This document shows, one piece after another, positions 52,985 to 64,000 of a DNA stretch of 64,000 nt. The stretch is from Chiloscyllium plagiosum. Lineage: Eukaryota. A model generated the notes under the pieces. The model was given only the letters and a program-made list of their open reading frames with translations, had not been told where the DNA came from and ran no database searches. Made by a program: the position numbers and the translations under genes. Position 1 is the stretch's first letter. Each line of letters opens with the position of its first letter. Where the stretch lies: assembly GCF_004010195.1 (NCBI RefSeq), contig NC_057719.1, positions 63,022,747 through 63,086,746 on the forward strand, read 5' to 3'.

Positions 52985-54242
52985 TGGTTAGGACCTGATT
53001 TCAGGATTCCTGACCTCATTCCAGAGGTTTTTCTCTATTTTACCCCCACCACCTCCACACCACCTCCCCCCCCCCCCCCATGTTATAATTGTTTTTTTTA
53101 AATTATCAATTTTTGACTTCCAGATTTTTAGTACTTGGAAACTTGCATGGACTAAAATTGATTTTCCCAAAGCAAAGATGCTGATTTAAAATGGCCACAG
53201 TGATCATATGATCAGGAAGCAAGAATCACTCAAACTTAACGTTATAAAACAGCAGTGAAACTCAGATCTGTTTGTCATGTTTGAGTTACAGCTTTCAGGA
53301 CAAGTTTCACATACTGAAGATGAAAAATTCCTGAAACTTATGCAGCCTGAAGCAAAAAAAAATGCAGCCAGACAGAGGACAAAACAAATTAACTATAATT
53401 CCGGCAGCTGCTTTTGAAAAGAGGAGAAAGGGAAAAAAAAAGATTGCCCAGCTGAGCTGCAAGATGCTCTGTCTGCCTGCTGTTTTCAACTTCTCAAATG
53501 ATACCAGTGGTAAAACAAATTGTAGAAAGATCCACTCACCAAAGCATGGTGGCTCAGTGGTTGGCACTGCTGCCTCAGAGCACCAGGAGCCCAGATTCAG
53601 TTTTAGCCTTGGCTGATTGTTGTGTGGAGTTTGCATGTTCTCTCTGTGTCTGTGTGGGTTTCCTCCAGGTGCTCTGGCTTTTTCTAGTCCAAAGATGTGG
53701 ATTGTCCATGTTAAATGACCCTGGAGTGTCCTGACTCGGTGGATTAGCCATGCTAACATAGAGGTCTGGATGGGATGCTGTTCAGGGAGTTGGTGCAGAC
53801 TCAAAGGGCATGCTGGCCTCTTTCTGGACTGTGGGGATTTATGATTCAAACACAAATTGCGATTGATTAGGATATGCGCCATCAATTAAACAACCATGGT
53901 CACAAGTTCAAGACTAACACCAAGGCCAACAGGAGTTTTAAGATGGATAATCTTAATCCTCTCTTTTTTTTTACTGGATATTGCTGCCTTGTTTATTTCT
54001 TTATATCTGTGTCTCTGTGCTTGATGGCTGTTTTTATTGAGTCCAGTAAATAATGAAATTTCTTTTTATTTCAGTCAAGAAAACTTTTTAATTGACGCCT
54101 TTATTTGAACTAACAAAGTATATTTTAAATGTTGTGCAAGGCTACATACTAAAAGGAATTTAAAATCTTTGTGATGATCATATGAAAGGGTTAAAGAAAG
54201 GGAAGGTAATTCACCCTACCCTTTTCACCTGGTCCTAGGACA
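52985..54242. mobile_element. Possible solo LTR containing a SINE
   Basis: GTTAGGACC...GGTCCTAGGACA inverted termini; no clear TSD. Confidence 0.3.
53545..53845 (+). mobile_element. HE1-related SINE, diverged
   Basis: GGTGGCTCAGTGGTTGGCACTGCTGCCTC head and core. Confidence 0.75.
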
Positions 54243-54264
54243 AAGGCCATGGGTTGGCTCAGAT

Positions 54265-54384
54265 TTGATGAAGGAGCAGTGCTCTGAAAGCTAGTGCTTC
54301 CAAATAAACCTGTTGGAGTATAACGTGGTGTTGTGTGATTTTTAACTTTGCCCACCCCAATCCAATACCGGCACCTCCATATCA
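54265..54384 (+). mobile_element. PLE terminal fragment with near-intact hammerhead core
   Basis: TTGATGA-A-GGAGC-AGT-GCTCT-GAAA-G-CTA followed by AATAAA. Confidence 0.55.
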
Positions 54385-54398
54385 GAGCACCTCAACGT

Positions 54399-54671
54399 TG
54401 TTATGGACCAGGCCAGACCCCCTCAAAGCATTTCAAGAAAGTAGCCCGGACACTAACTTTTCTCGTTGTTTTAAGTAGGTGTATTGTGGATATTCCAGGA
54501 GTGATCCAGCTGGCCCAACCATTTAGTTTTAAAGAGATTATTTGCAGGATTACTGAATGAAACACAAACAAAAGAGAACAGACCTCCCAGAGGCTCTGCG
54601 TTTATGAACCCTCTGGAGGGAAAAGCAAAACAAAGCCAACATGACCTTGTTAAAGGAACAGCATCATCACA
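54399..54671 (-). repeat. 3' LTR of the Gypsy element; polypurine tract at 54672-54687
   Basis: TGTGATG...CATAACA termini on minus, preceded by a run of G/A only. Confidence 0.7.
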
Positions 54672-57075
54672 CCTCCCCCCCCTCCTTAAAAATCCATTAA
54701 TATCCAAAGATGGCTTCATTTTAAAACCTTTAATCTTAAATTGTTAGTACACTACAACATGCATATAAGTTACACTGACAATAATCATGCCCTACTATAT
54801 TTTCTTCCAGTCTGTTTTACTCCTGCTGACGAATGCCTCCATTTCACAGTTGCATTTCGATAATTTGTTGGCACTCACTCATATTTTCCAGTCCTGCCGT
54901 GTGCACAATTTTCAAAATGAATGGCTGCAACAACAACCTCCAACAAAACAGACTGGAATTTTTATCCTTAATTTTCTCCACAAACTTCAATGCATTATGA
55001 TCAATGTATATCATTGTCTCCGGTACATTAGTAGTAACATAACCATTGAAATGTTGAAACGCTGACACCAAGCTCAAAGTCTCCTTCTCAACTGTCAAAT
55101 ATTTCCACTGATGAATGTTCAATTTTTTGGAAAAATACCCCAGTATGTCTTTCTATCTTCTCATCATCTTCCTGTAAACACACAGCACCGACACTCTCAT
55201 CAATAGCCACCTTGAATGGCTTTCCGTAATTAGGTGTGGCTAATACTGGGCAGTGGTTAACACAGCTTTCAGGCTGTCAAATGTATTCTGATGGTTCACT
55301 GTCCACTGAAATGTTTTGCCTTTCTTTAGCAATTCAGTGAGTGAAGCAGCCACACTGCTAAAATTTTGTACAAATCCGGTCAATAGTATGGGAAACTCCC
55401 CAATTATCTTAGTTTTTGCCATGGGGCCATTTGTCCATGTCCAATAACATGGCCCAGGAAAGTGACTTGGGCTTTGGTAAATTTATTATTAGCCAGGTTT
55501 ATCACCAAGCCTGCCTCCCAAAGTCGATCAAATAATTTGGATAAGTGTTGCAAATGTTCACCAGGTCATCAACATAAGCTACACAAATTGAATAATCTGG
55601 AAATGACCTTATTGGTTAGTCTCTGAAATGTGACTGGCACATTTTTCATTTTGCTTGTCTCATCTTTTCAAAACAGTCTTCCTAACATGGAATCAAATAT
55701 GCGACAGTCTTTGTAACTGCACTGACTTTACAATTGTCCCCACATAACCATTGGCTACCATCTGATTTTGGCACCATTACTATGGGTGAGCTCCAGTCAA
55801 TGTAACTCACTTTGATTATGTTGTCTTGGAGCATGCATACAATCATCTTTTGAACCTGTGCCAACTTTAGAGGGTTATGCCAATAAGGATGTTGCTTAAT
55901 TGGAACAGCATCTCCTATATCCATATTGTGCACAATTAGATTAGTACTTCCCAGCTAATTTCCACTCTTTCAGGTCATTTTGATTTTCCTCGGAAGGTAA
56001 CTCAATAATTTATCCCTTTTTTATATAATATATTTTTATTAAGAAAAAATAGATTTTTAAATATTACAACAAATACAAAACAATGCAATTTAAAACAGTA
56101 CAAAAATAGTACAGAACTAAACCCAAATAATAAAAAAAATTCCCCAACCCACCCTCCTATACGAATGTATAAACATATATAGAGAAGTATAAAATTAAAA
56201 AAAAAACCTAAACTAGCTATTTAACTAACTAAATAAATACCGAACAACAAACAAATACATAGTAATAACTCAGCCCAGCCAAACAAAACACTCATACATT
56301 CACAGTTCCTCCTCCCTGGATATTGGACTCATGAAACACAATCGTTACAGCTATATAAAAGCCCTTGTTAGTGTGGCAGATAAATCTATGACCAGGTATT
56401 TCAAAAAGGGTTGCCATGTCTTGTAAAAATTCTGTTTTGTGGTGTGCCATATTTGTGAGAAAATCCAGGGGAATATGCTCCATAACAATCTTCCGCCAAC
56501 CCGACAGGCCTGGGGGGTTTTCTGATATCCAACCTAGCAAGATCATCTTCCTTGCACAGAATGTAAGAATATTGAACAGTTTTTCCTTATACGAGTCTGC
56601 AGGAAATACAATGGGTAGGCCCAAAAGGAGCGAAATAGGGCCCTTCTCCACCCCTACACCTTCTCCATTGCACCCGCCACAGCGCTCCAATATGTTTGAA
56701 GCCTGTCACAAGACCAAAGACGATGGGTAAGAGTACCCGTACAGACCTTGCACTTGGGACATGCTGAAGATACCCCTGGTTTAAATATTGACAAACGGTC
56801 TGGGGCTAAGTGGAACCTGTGGAGAATCTTCAACTGTAAAGCATGGGTCCTATTGCAAACTGATATTTTTCTTGCATTCTCCCAAATATCCTCCCATAAC
56901 TCTGAAGAAACTTCAACACCCAGCTCTCTTTCCCACATCTTGCAGAGTCGATCAGACTCATCTGAGGTGGCACCCCCCAAACTGGTGATATAGAATACTG
57001 ACAGAGAATGTACTCTTCGCCCTTAGTACCCCTCTTTCTATGTCAGATTTGTAGGGATCAGTCAAAAGTGTGGTC

Positions 57076-57114
57076 NNNNNNNNNNNNNNNNNNNNNNNNN
57101 NNNNNNNNNNNNNN
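57076..57114. other. Assembly gap (39 N)
   Basis: N run. Confidence 1.
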
Positions 57115-57677
57115 CTCAAATAAATCACCCATGCAAGATATACCCCTAGCTGCCCAATGTTTAAATCCTGAATCTATCATACCTAGTTGAAAACTCGGCA
57201 TACCCACTAAAGGTGTAAATAAAGATGTTTTGCCAATATTACCTTCCCTCTGCCAAATTGCCCTCCATGCTTTAACAGTATTGATGACTATTGGGTTATG
57301 ACAACATTCCGTAATTGTCCTCACTTTGACCAAATACAGCAAACTGGTAAGGGGGCACCTTGCCTGGGAGATTTCGATATCTAGCCATATTGAAAGAGGG
57401 TCCCCACAAACCCAATCACTTATGTAGGTCAAAAGCGAGCTTAATTGGTAATTTTTAATGTCCGGAAGGTCTATTCCCCCCAATCTGTGAGGCAACTGCA
57501 GTTTGGCTAATTTAATGAGGGGCCATTTACGGTGCCAGATAAAGGAGCTGAACCAACTGTTCAGTCTCCTGAGTGTTTGTTTATTGAAAATCAGGGGGAG
57601 CATCCGTATAGGGTATAGCAAACTAGAGAGAATATTCATCTTAATAAGCGCTATCCAACCCAACCATGAGATTGGAA

Positions 57678-57967
57678 TTAGATTAGATTACTTACAATGT
57701 GGAAACAGGCCCTTTGGCCCAACAAGTCCACACCGACCCACCGAAGCATAACCCACCCAGACCCATTCTCCTACATTTACCCCTTCACCTAACACTACGG
57801 GCAATTTAGCATGGCCAATTCACCTAACCTGCACATTTTTGGATTGTGGGAGGAAACCGGAGCACCCGGAGGAAACCCACGCAGACACGGGGAGAATGTG
57901 CAAACTCCACACAGAGAGTCGCCAGAGGCGGGAATTTAACCCGGGTCTCTGGCGTTGTGAGGCAGCA
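57678..57967 (-). mobile_element. HE1/V-SINE-type SINE inserted in L1 ORF2
   Basis: Closely similar to 6537-6850; its 5' end runs into the gap. Confidence 0.9.
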
Positions 57968-58330
57968 NNNNNNNNNNNNNNNNNNNNNNNNNNNNNNNNN
58001 NNNNNNNNNNNNNNNNNNNNNNNNNNNNNNNNNNNNNNNNNNNNNNNNNNNNNNNNNNNNNNNNNNNNNNNNNNNNNNNNNNNNNNNNNNNNNNNNNNNN
58101 NNNNNNNNNNNNNNNNNNNNNNNNNNNNNNNNNNNNNNNNNNNNNNNNNNNNNNNNNNNNNNNNNNNNNNNNNNNNNNNNNNNNNNNNNNNNNNNNNNNN
58201 NNNNNNNNNNNNNNNNNNNNNNNNNNNNNNNNNNNNNNNNNNNNNNNNNNNNNNNNNNNNNNNNNNNNNNNNNNNNNNNNNNNNNNNNNNNNNNNNNNNN
58301 NNNNNNNNNNNNNNNNNNNNNNNNNNNNNN
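57968..58330. other. Assembly gap (363 N) covering the L1 RT core
   Basis: N run. Confidence 1.
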
Positions 58331-60805
58331 CCATCTTATGAAAACTTCGCCCAGACCAAACCGGTCTAGAGTATAGAAAAGGTACGGCCACTCAACTCGG
58401 TCAAATGCCTTCTCTGCATCTAAAGAAATCACCAATCCCTGTATTGACTGCTGTTGACATGCTTGAATTACGTTAAGCAGCCTCCTAACCTTATTGGAGG
58501 ATCTGCGACCCTTTATGAAGCCCGTCTGATCCTCTTTATTAATAGAGGGTAAGACAGTCTCCAGCCTTAATGCAAGAGCCTTAGAGAAGTCCATGTTTAA
58601 GAGCGAGATGGGCCTGTATGAAGCACAGTCTTCTGGATCCTTCCCTTTTTAAAGGATAAGTGAAATATTGGCCTCTCTCAGAGATGGTGGGAGACAAACA
58701 TGACTGTATGAATCTTTAAACATATTCAGCATCTGGCCTGACAGTATACTTATAAATTCCTTATAGAATTCACTGGGAAGTCCATCAGGACCAGGTGCCT
58801 TTCCACGCTGAAGCTGCCTCACAGCTTCCTACACTTCTTGCTCTGATAATGGGGCATTGAGAAAGGACTGTTGTTCGGGAGTCACACCCGGGAGCTTCAG
58901 ATCTCTAAAAAAGGATTCCGTTTTGGCCTGCCCTTCCTCACAATTCTCAGACTAATATAACTTAGAGTAGAATCTCTGGAACGCCACATTAATCTTTTTA
59001 GAATCACATGTTAAGTTCCCAGACCCTTCCCAAATCGCTGTAATGGTTTGTGGGGCACTTCTCTTTCTGGTAAGGTATGCTAAGTATTTGCCTGGCTTGT
59101 CACCATGCTTGTATAACCTTTGCTTTGCAAAAGCCAGCTCCTTTTTGAGCACGGAATTTAGTGTAGACCACAGTGCCGTAATCCTCTGTAGTTTGACCAA
59201 TGAAGGCCTGTCAAAATAGGCCTTCTCGGCTGCCTTCAACCGTGCTTCAAGGAGACATTGCTGCTCACCCTTCTGCCACTTCCTACTGGTGTAAAATGAA
59301 ATAACTAACCCCCTGGCATAAGCTTTGGCAGTTTCCCAGAGAACAGATGAGCTATCAACCGAGCCTATGTTGATGTTTAGGAATGCCCGAAATTCCCTAG
59401 AGAAATACTCCACAAACTTGCTCTCCATGAGAATAAAGGGGTCCATTCGCCAGTACCTTGAATCCACTGTAACATCCTTAATTTTAACCATGAGGTACAC
59501 TGGAGCATGATCAGAGATGGCAATATTACCAATCGTACAGGATGCCACCAGATCCAGGGTTACCGCAGGGGTCAGAAAAAAATCAATCCTTGTGTGACAT
59601 CTGTGCGGATTGGAGAAAAACGTGAAATCTCTACCGGTAGGGTGGAGACACCTCCAGACGTCCACCAACCCTAATTCCGCACATAGACCCAATAACTGTT
59701 TAGTTTGTGCACAGGGTATCGAGGGACCTTTAAGCAACCTGTGTACTGTGGGGTCCATGAGGCAGTTAAAATCTCCCCCTATAATGATGTGCCAAGACTT
59801 GAGACTTGTCAGTTTAGAAAAAGCATCTACCAAGAATTTAAGAGGATGAGCTGGGAGACAATAAACATTTAAAAATGCCATATTCTTCCCCATTTATCAA
59901 GGCTTTAAGAATTACAAACCTCCCGTATGTGTCTTTAACACATTCCAACAATTTAAATGAGAGATTTTTCCTTACCAATATAGCCACTCCCCTACTTCTG
60001 GTATTAAATGATGAAAAATAAACTCGGTCAAAGCCATTCTGCTTTAATTTCAGATGCTCCTTGTCATCCAAATGTGTCTCCTGTAACAAAGCAATATCTA
60101 TCTTCTCCTTTCTAAGACTCAAGAGTACCTTCTTCCTCTTAATTGGTGAGTAACTTCCCTTGATATTCCAGGTACACCATTTAATCAAATCATTAGCCAT
60201 AATCTTCTGCAATTACATTTAAATTACAGAGAGGAGGAACCCAAACCCCAAATTGCTGAGCCTTAGTGTCGCATGGTCCACCAAATATAAAAACTACATA
60301 AACTAAAACCATTACATTTAACAAACATACAAAATTATTAAAAATAAAAAACAACAAAAACCAGAAAACAAACCAACATATAAAGCGCCAATAGCACTGA
60401 GTAGGGGAACTCACCCCCTGCCCGGAGGGGGCAACTACCCGTCCCGAACTGCCCATAAATAGGCATCTAACCATCTCAGTGACCTTCACTTCTCCCAGCT
60501 AGAGCCGCATTGTAAGCACAAGCTAAAAAGAATAAACGCCCCATAGAATATCAATATGAATAAAAAAACATTCTTTTATATAAAAAGAGAGGAATAAATA
60601 CCCCACCCAACCTTTGGTAAGTCCTAACTTAGAAATTTAAAATGTACATCTTAACTACCGCCAGACATAGTTTGAACCAAATTATTATCAATAGAGGAAA
60701 GAAAAGGGGAAAAATAAAGCTACAACTGGATTTCCTCCATTTCTTTTACAGAACGATAAACGCATACCCAAGCAACAATATTTATACATACTACAATTGT
60801 TTAAA

Positions 60806-61586
60806 TTAGGTTAGTTTGTCCACAAAGTCTCTTGCCTTCTCCGATGTGTATGGATTCATTTAAGGTGATCCGAAACACTGCCGGATATCTCAGGGAGTAC
60901 TGAATCCCAAGCTCCTTCAATCTTCTCTTGACCCCATCATACGATTTTCATTTCTGGATCACCACCGCTGAAAAGTCCTGAAAAAACATGATCTTAGATC
61001 CCTTGTAAATTAGGGCCTTTGGATCCTTCCCCTGGAGTCTGGAAGCCTAATGATGGAACCGCACCAGGAAAGGACGAGGGTGTTGACCCAGACCCGACCT
61101 CCGTGCTGCGGCCCGGTGAGCCCTCTCTATCTTTAATCCTCTCATGCCAGTCTCCAAGTCAAGCAATTTCGGAAGCCAATCTTCAACACATTCCGCAGGC
61201 CGCTCACCTTCCTTACCCTCAGGCAGACCGATGATCCGAATGTTTTTTCTCCTGCCCCTGTTTTCAAGATCATCCACTTGGTCACACAAATTACGAACCT
61301 GCGACTTCAGGGCTTGGATCTCTTCCTTGAATAAACTGGCATCAGCTTCCACCACTGTGACCCTGTGCTCCACCTCATCCGTCCTCTTCTCTAGGTCTCC
61401 CAGCTGCTGCTCATGCTTCTGCAGCATGAGAGAGACTGGAGCCAGCCTCTCTTCAATCTGTTTCCCCAACATCTCGCGAGATTTTGAGAGCTGGTTCACC
61501 AGGTTCTGGAGAGTAATTGGCTCTGAGGCTGCTGCAGGCTGAGCTGCAGACCCGGCCTCGGATGCTCCTCCTCCCTTTTTAGGCAT
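60806..61586 (-). pseudogene. L1 ORF1 (coiled coil, RRM, CTD), disrupted
   Basis: DDLENRGRRKNIRIIGLPEG, IERAHR, PRPFLVRF, FFQDFS, LRYPA; break at about 61047 and an internal TGA. Confidence 0.9.
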
Positions 61587-61750
61587 TTCTGGACAGCTGA
61601 AAATACAGGTAAGTCAATTTTTAAATGTTTCTTGGGGCTCCACAATCTTTCCAACGCCCCAAGAAATCCTGATGACCTGGGTTGGGTGGGTTAAAGGACC
61701 ATCCTGCTCCTGCTGCGATGCGAAACTCTGCAGTGTGATCTTCTCAGATC

Positions 61751-61761
61751 GCCGCCATCTT
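61751..61761 (-). promoter_or_regulatory. YY1-type motif AAGATGGCGGC at the L1 5' end
   Basis: Lies 8 nt from the 5' terminus (GGGGATCT-AAGATGGCGGC), positioned like the YY1 site of mammalian L1 internal promoters. Confidence 0.65.
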
Positions 61762-64000
61762 AGATCCCCATCCCAATTTTTAACAACTTCCTCATTGTTC
61801 AAGTTAATATGAAGAATGTCCAATTTAGAATCCATTGAACTTGGTTCTTCACTCTGTTTTGTAACCAATAACAGTCTCCATTGGCTTTCCTTTCCTATTA
61901 AGTTTGCTTTTGAGCACATTCACATGACACACTCTGAGATTTTGTTCTGTCTGGAGTCTTTATCAAATAGTTCACCTCACTCAATTTCCTTTCTACTTGA
62001 TAAGGTCAACTAAATCTTGCTTTAAAACGTTCGCCTATCACTGGATATAAGACTAACACCTTGTCTTTGATTGCAAAACTGCAATTGTTTGATTTCTTGT
62101 CTGTTTCCTGTTTCATTGTGTGCTGTGATACTTTTAAATTCTGTCTAGCCAACTGCCCTGCTCTATTTAATCATTTCCTAAAATTTAATCCATAGTCCAA
62201 ATATGTGGTATCTGAATTATGATTTGCTAATTTTTCTCCTTAATAATTTTTAGCAGTCCTCCCACTTAATGCCCAAAAACTAATTCAAATGGACTGAATT
62301 TGGTCGATTAATTTGATGCATCTCTGATCGCAAAAAGTACAAACGGAATTCCCTTATCCCAATCATCTGGATAGTCTTGACTATAAGCCCTCAACATAGT
62401 CTTTCACGTCTGATGCCACATTTTTAGCGCTCCCTGTGACTCTAGATTTGAATTGTTTTATTCCTAAATTGTCCATAACTTCCTTGCATAATTTCCATGT
62501 GCAGTTTGACCCTTGATCTGATTGTATCTCTGTGGGTAGTGCATATCTAGTGAAAAATTGGGTAACTCCACTGGAATCCTTTTAGCTGTGATATTGCATA
62601 GTGGAATGGCCTCTGAAAATCTAGTAGACATATCCATTATTGTTAACAAATACTCATTCCCACTTTTTGTTTTAGTTAGGGGTCCAACGCAATTAATTAA
62701 GACTCTTGTAAAAGGTTCCTCATCTGCAGGAATAGGTATTAACAGTACGAGTTTTATTACTGCCTATGGTTTTCCAATTACCTGACATGTATGACATGTC
62801 TGGCAAAATTAATCTACATCCTTGTGCAGTTCAGGCTAGTAAAATACTTTCGTATTTTAGCTTGAGTATTTCTCACCCCTAAATGACCCCCTACTGGTAG
62901 TTCATGCACACTTGCAACACCTCTGTTCTATAACCCACTGACAAGATGACTTGATGAACTTCTGCCTATTTCTCATCTGCCTGAATATGTGATAGTCTCC
63001 ATTTCCTCAGCAGAACATCATTTTTAAGATAGCAGCATTCAGGGATACCTTTGGATTCTTTTTCCGTGTGTGCCTTTTAAAACACTTGCTTGAAATGTTC
63101 ATCTTTCTACTGTAACTCAGTTAATTTATCTGAGCTAAAGATGTCTGCTTTATTATCTATCTGCTCCTGGTTTGTGTCAATCATCTGATCAAACAGGGTC
63201 TCTGCTAATTCCACATCAACTTTCTTATCCTGTTTCAACTGGTGACTTTGTGACCTCATTATCACACAGTCGGGAATAATCCCAGGACATGTGTCCTGAG
63301 TTTCAGCTAGCTTTTGAAACACAGTTGGCAGCACTCCTACCTGTGTACCAGCAATATCATATGCAAGGTCAAATTGTATTTCTGGAGCTGAGAGTTTGTC
63401 CAGTACTTCTCCATGACTTGTTCACTCTTCACTGGGCAGTCTAACCTCAGTTTACATAATTGAGTGTTTCTTGTCTCACAGTGAATTCCCATAACTAGCA
63501 CCTTTTCTGGCAATAATCTCCTCATCTTTCAACATCAAAGATTGAGAGGATCCTGTGTCTCTTAATATTGTAACCTTTTTCTCTGCTGCTCCTGGCCAAC
63601 GTGAATAAACTTTATCTTCACATGTATATGGTTTAAGAAGATCTGGCACTTCCTGAACCAACCTCTGACCAGCTTGTACATTCTGGTGTAGCTTTCTAGC
63701 CTTCACTGTGTTTTCTGTTACCTCCAACAAAATTCACTGGCATATCTTATTTTCTTACATCTGACTTCCCAGTGCTTTTTCTAACCCACCAACACTAATT
63801 TATTGCAGTGAAAACATGGGAGCTTTTTAACTTCTCTTTCCCCTCCAAGAATTTCCTTTTTACCCTGTGATAAGTTATGTTTATGATCTTTACCGAGTTC
63901 TACCTTTCCCTTTCCACGTGAGGATTTCTCTTTGCCCCAATTTCTATTGCTCAGCGATTGAAATATATTTTGGAAGCCAAACCTTGATTTATGGACTAGT

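Larger units (their letters stand above)
56351..60200 (-). pseudogene. L1 ORF2 (APE endonuclease, RT, Cys-rich C-terminus), frameshifted and interrupted
   Basis: TWNIKG, LQETH, GGDFN, RIDFF, SDHAPV; GPDG, DQTGF, SLDAEKAFDRVEW; CPKC...H..WSC. Confidence 0.9.
56017..61769 (-). mobile_element. Full-length L1-clade LINE, disabled, with 5-bp TSD ATCCC
   Basis: 5'UTR, ORF1, ORF2 and A-rich tail are all present; ATCCC at 56012-56016 and 61770-61774; removing the insert rejoins the Gypsy frame NEEVVKNWD/KLLSYL. Confidence 0.92.
54399..64000 (-). mobile_element. Gypsy LTR retrotransposon, Gmr1-type domain order, decayed; 5' end lies outside the window
   Basis: gag knuckle CFHCNK (about 63810), protease ILRDTGSSQSL (about 63550), integrase LTIMDMSTRFSEAIPL and WDKGIPFVLFAIR (62300-62950), RT PIKQHPY..WSSPIVMVPKSDGS (55400-55930), RNase H YLTVEKETL (54850-55250), PPT, LTR. 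Confidence 0.85.

Noticed and set aside
57824..58594. Long ORFs spanning X runs
   Set aside because: Artefacts of the N gap joining L1 RT and SINE sequence.
56017..61769. L1 as a currently active copy
   Set aside because: Both ORFs carry stops or frameshifts, and ORF2 has a SINE insertion.

Overview
Vertebrate, repeat-rich, non-genic-looking DNA, most likely from a cartilaginous fish (shark). This is inferred from HE1/V-SINE-type SINEs with (AATCT)n tails, their partner CR1 LINEs, and abundant Penelope-like elements (PLEs). I found no intact host protein-coding gene. Main content: (i) many CR1, CR1/L2-type and RTE LINE fragments and three tRNA-derived SINE families; (ii) PLE fragments plus about a dozen short, often palindromic PLE-end elements carrying minimal type-I hammerhead ribozyme cores, some of which look catalytically intact; (iii) a three-layer nest at 54.4-64 kb, where a Gypsy LTR element with the unusual Gmr1-type order (PR-IN-RT-RNaseH) is interrupted by a full-length but disabled L1 (YY1 site, 5-bp TSD), which itself carries a SINE; (iv) minus-strand stop-poor frames and splice-bounded segments at 1-19.5 kb that may be an unidentified decayed gene. 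Boundaries of old repeats are approximate, and no database search was run.
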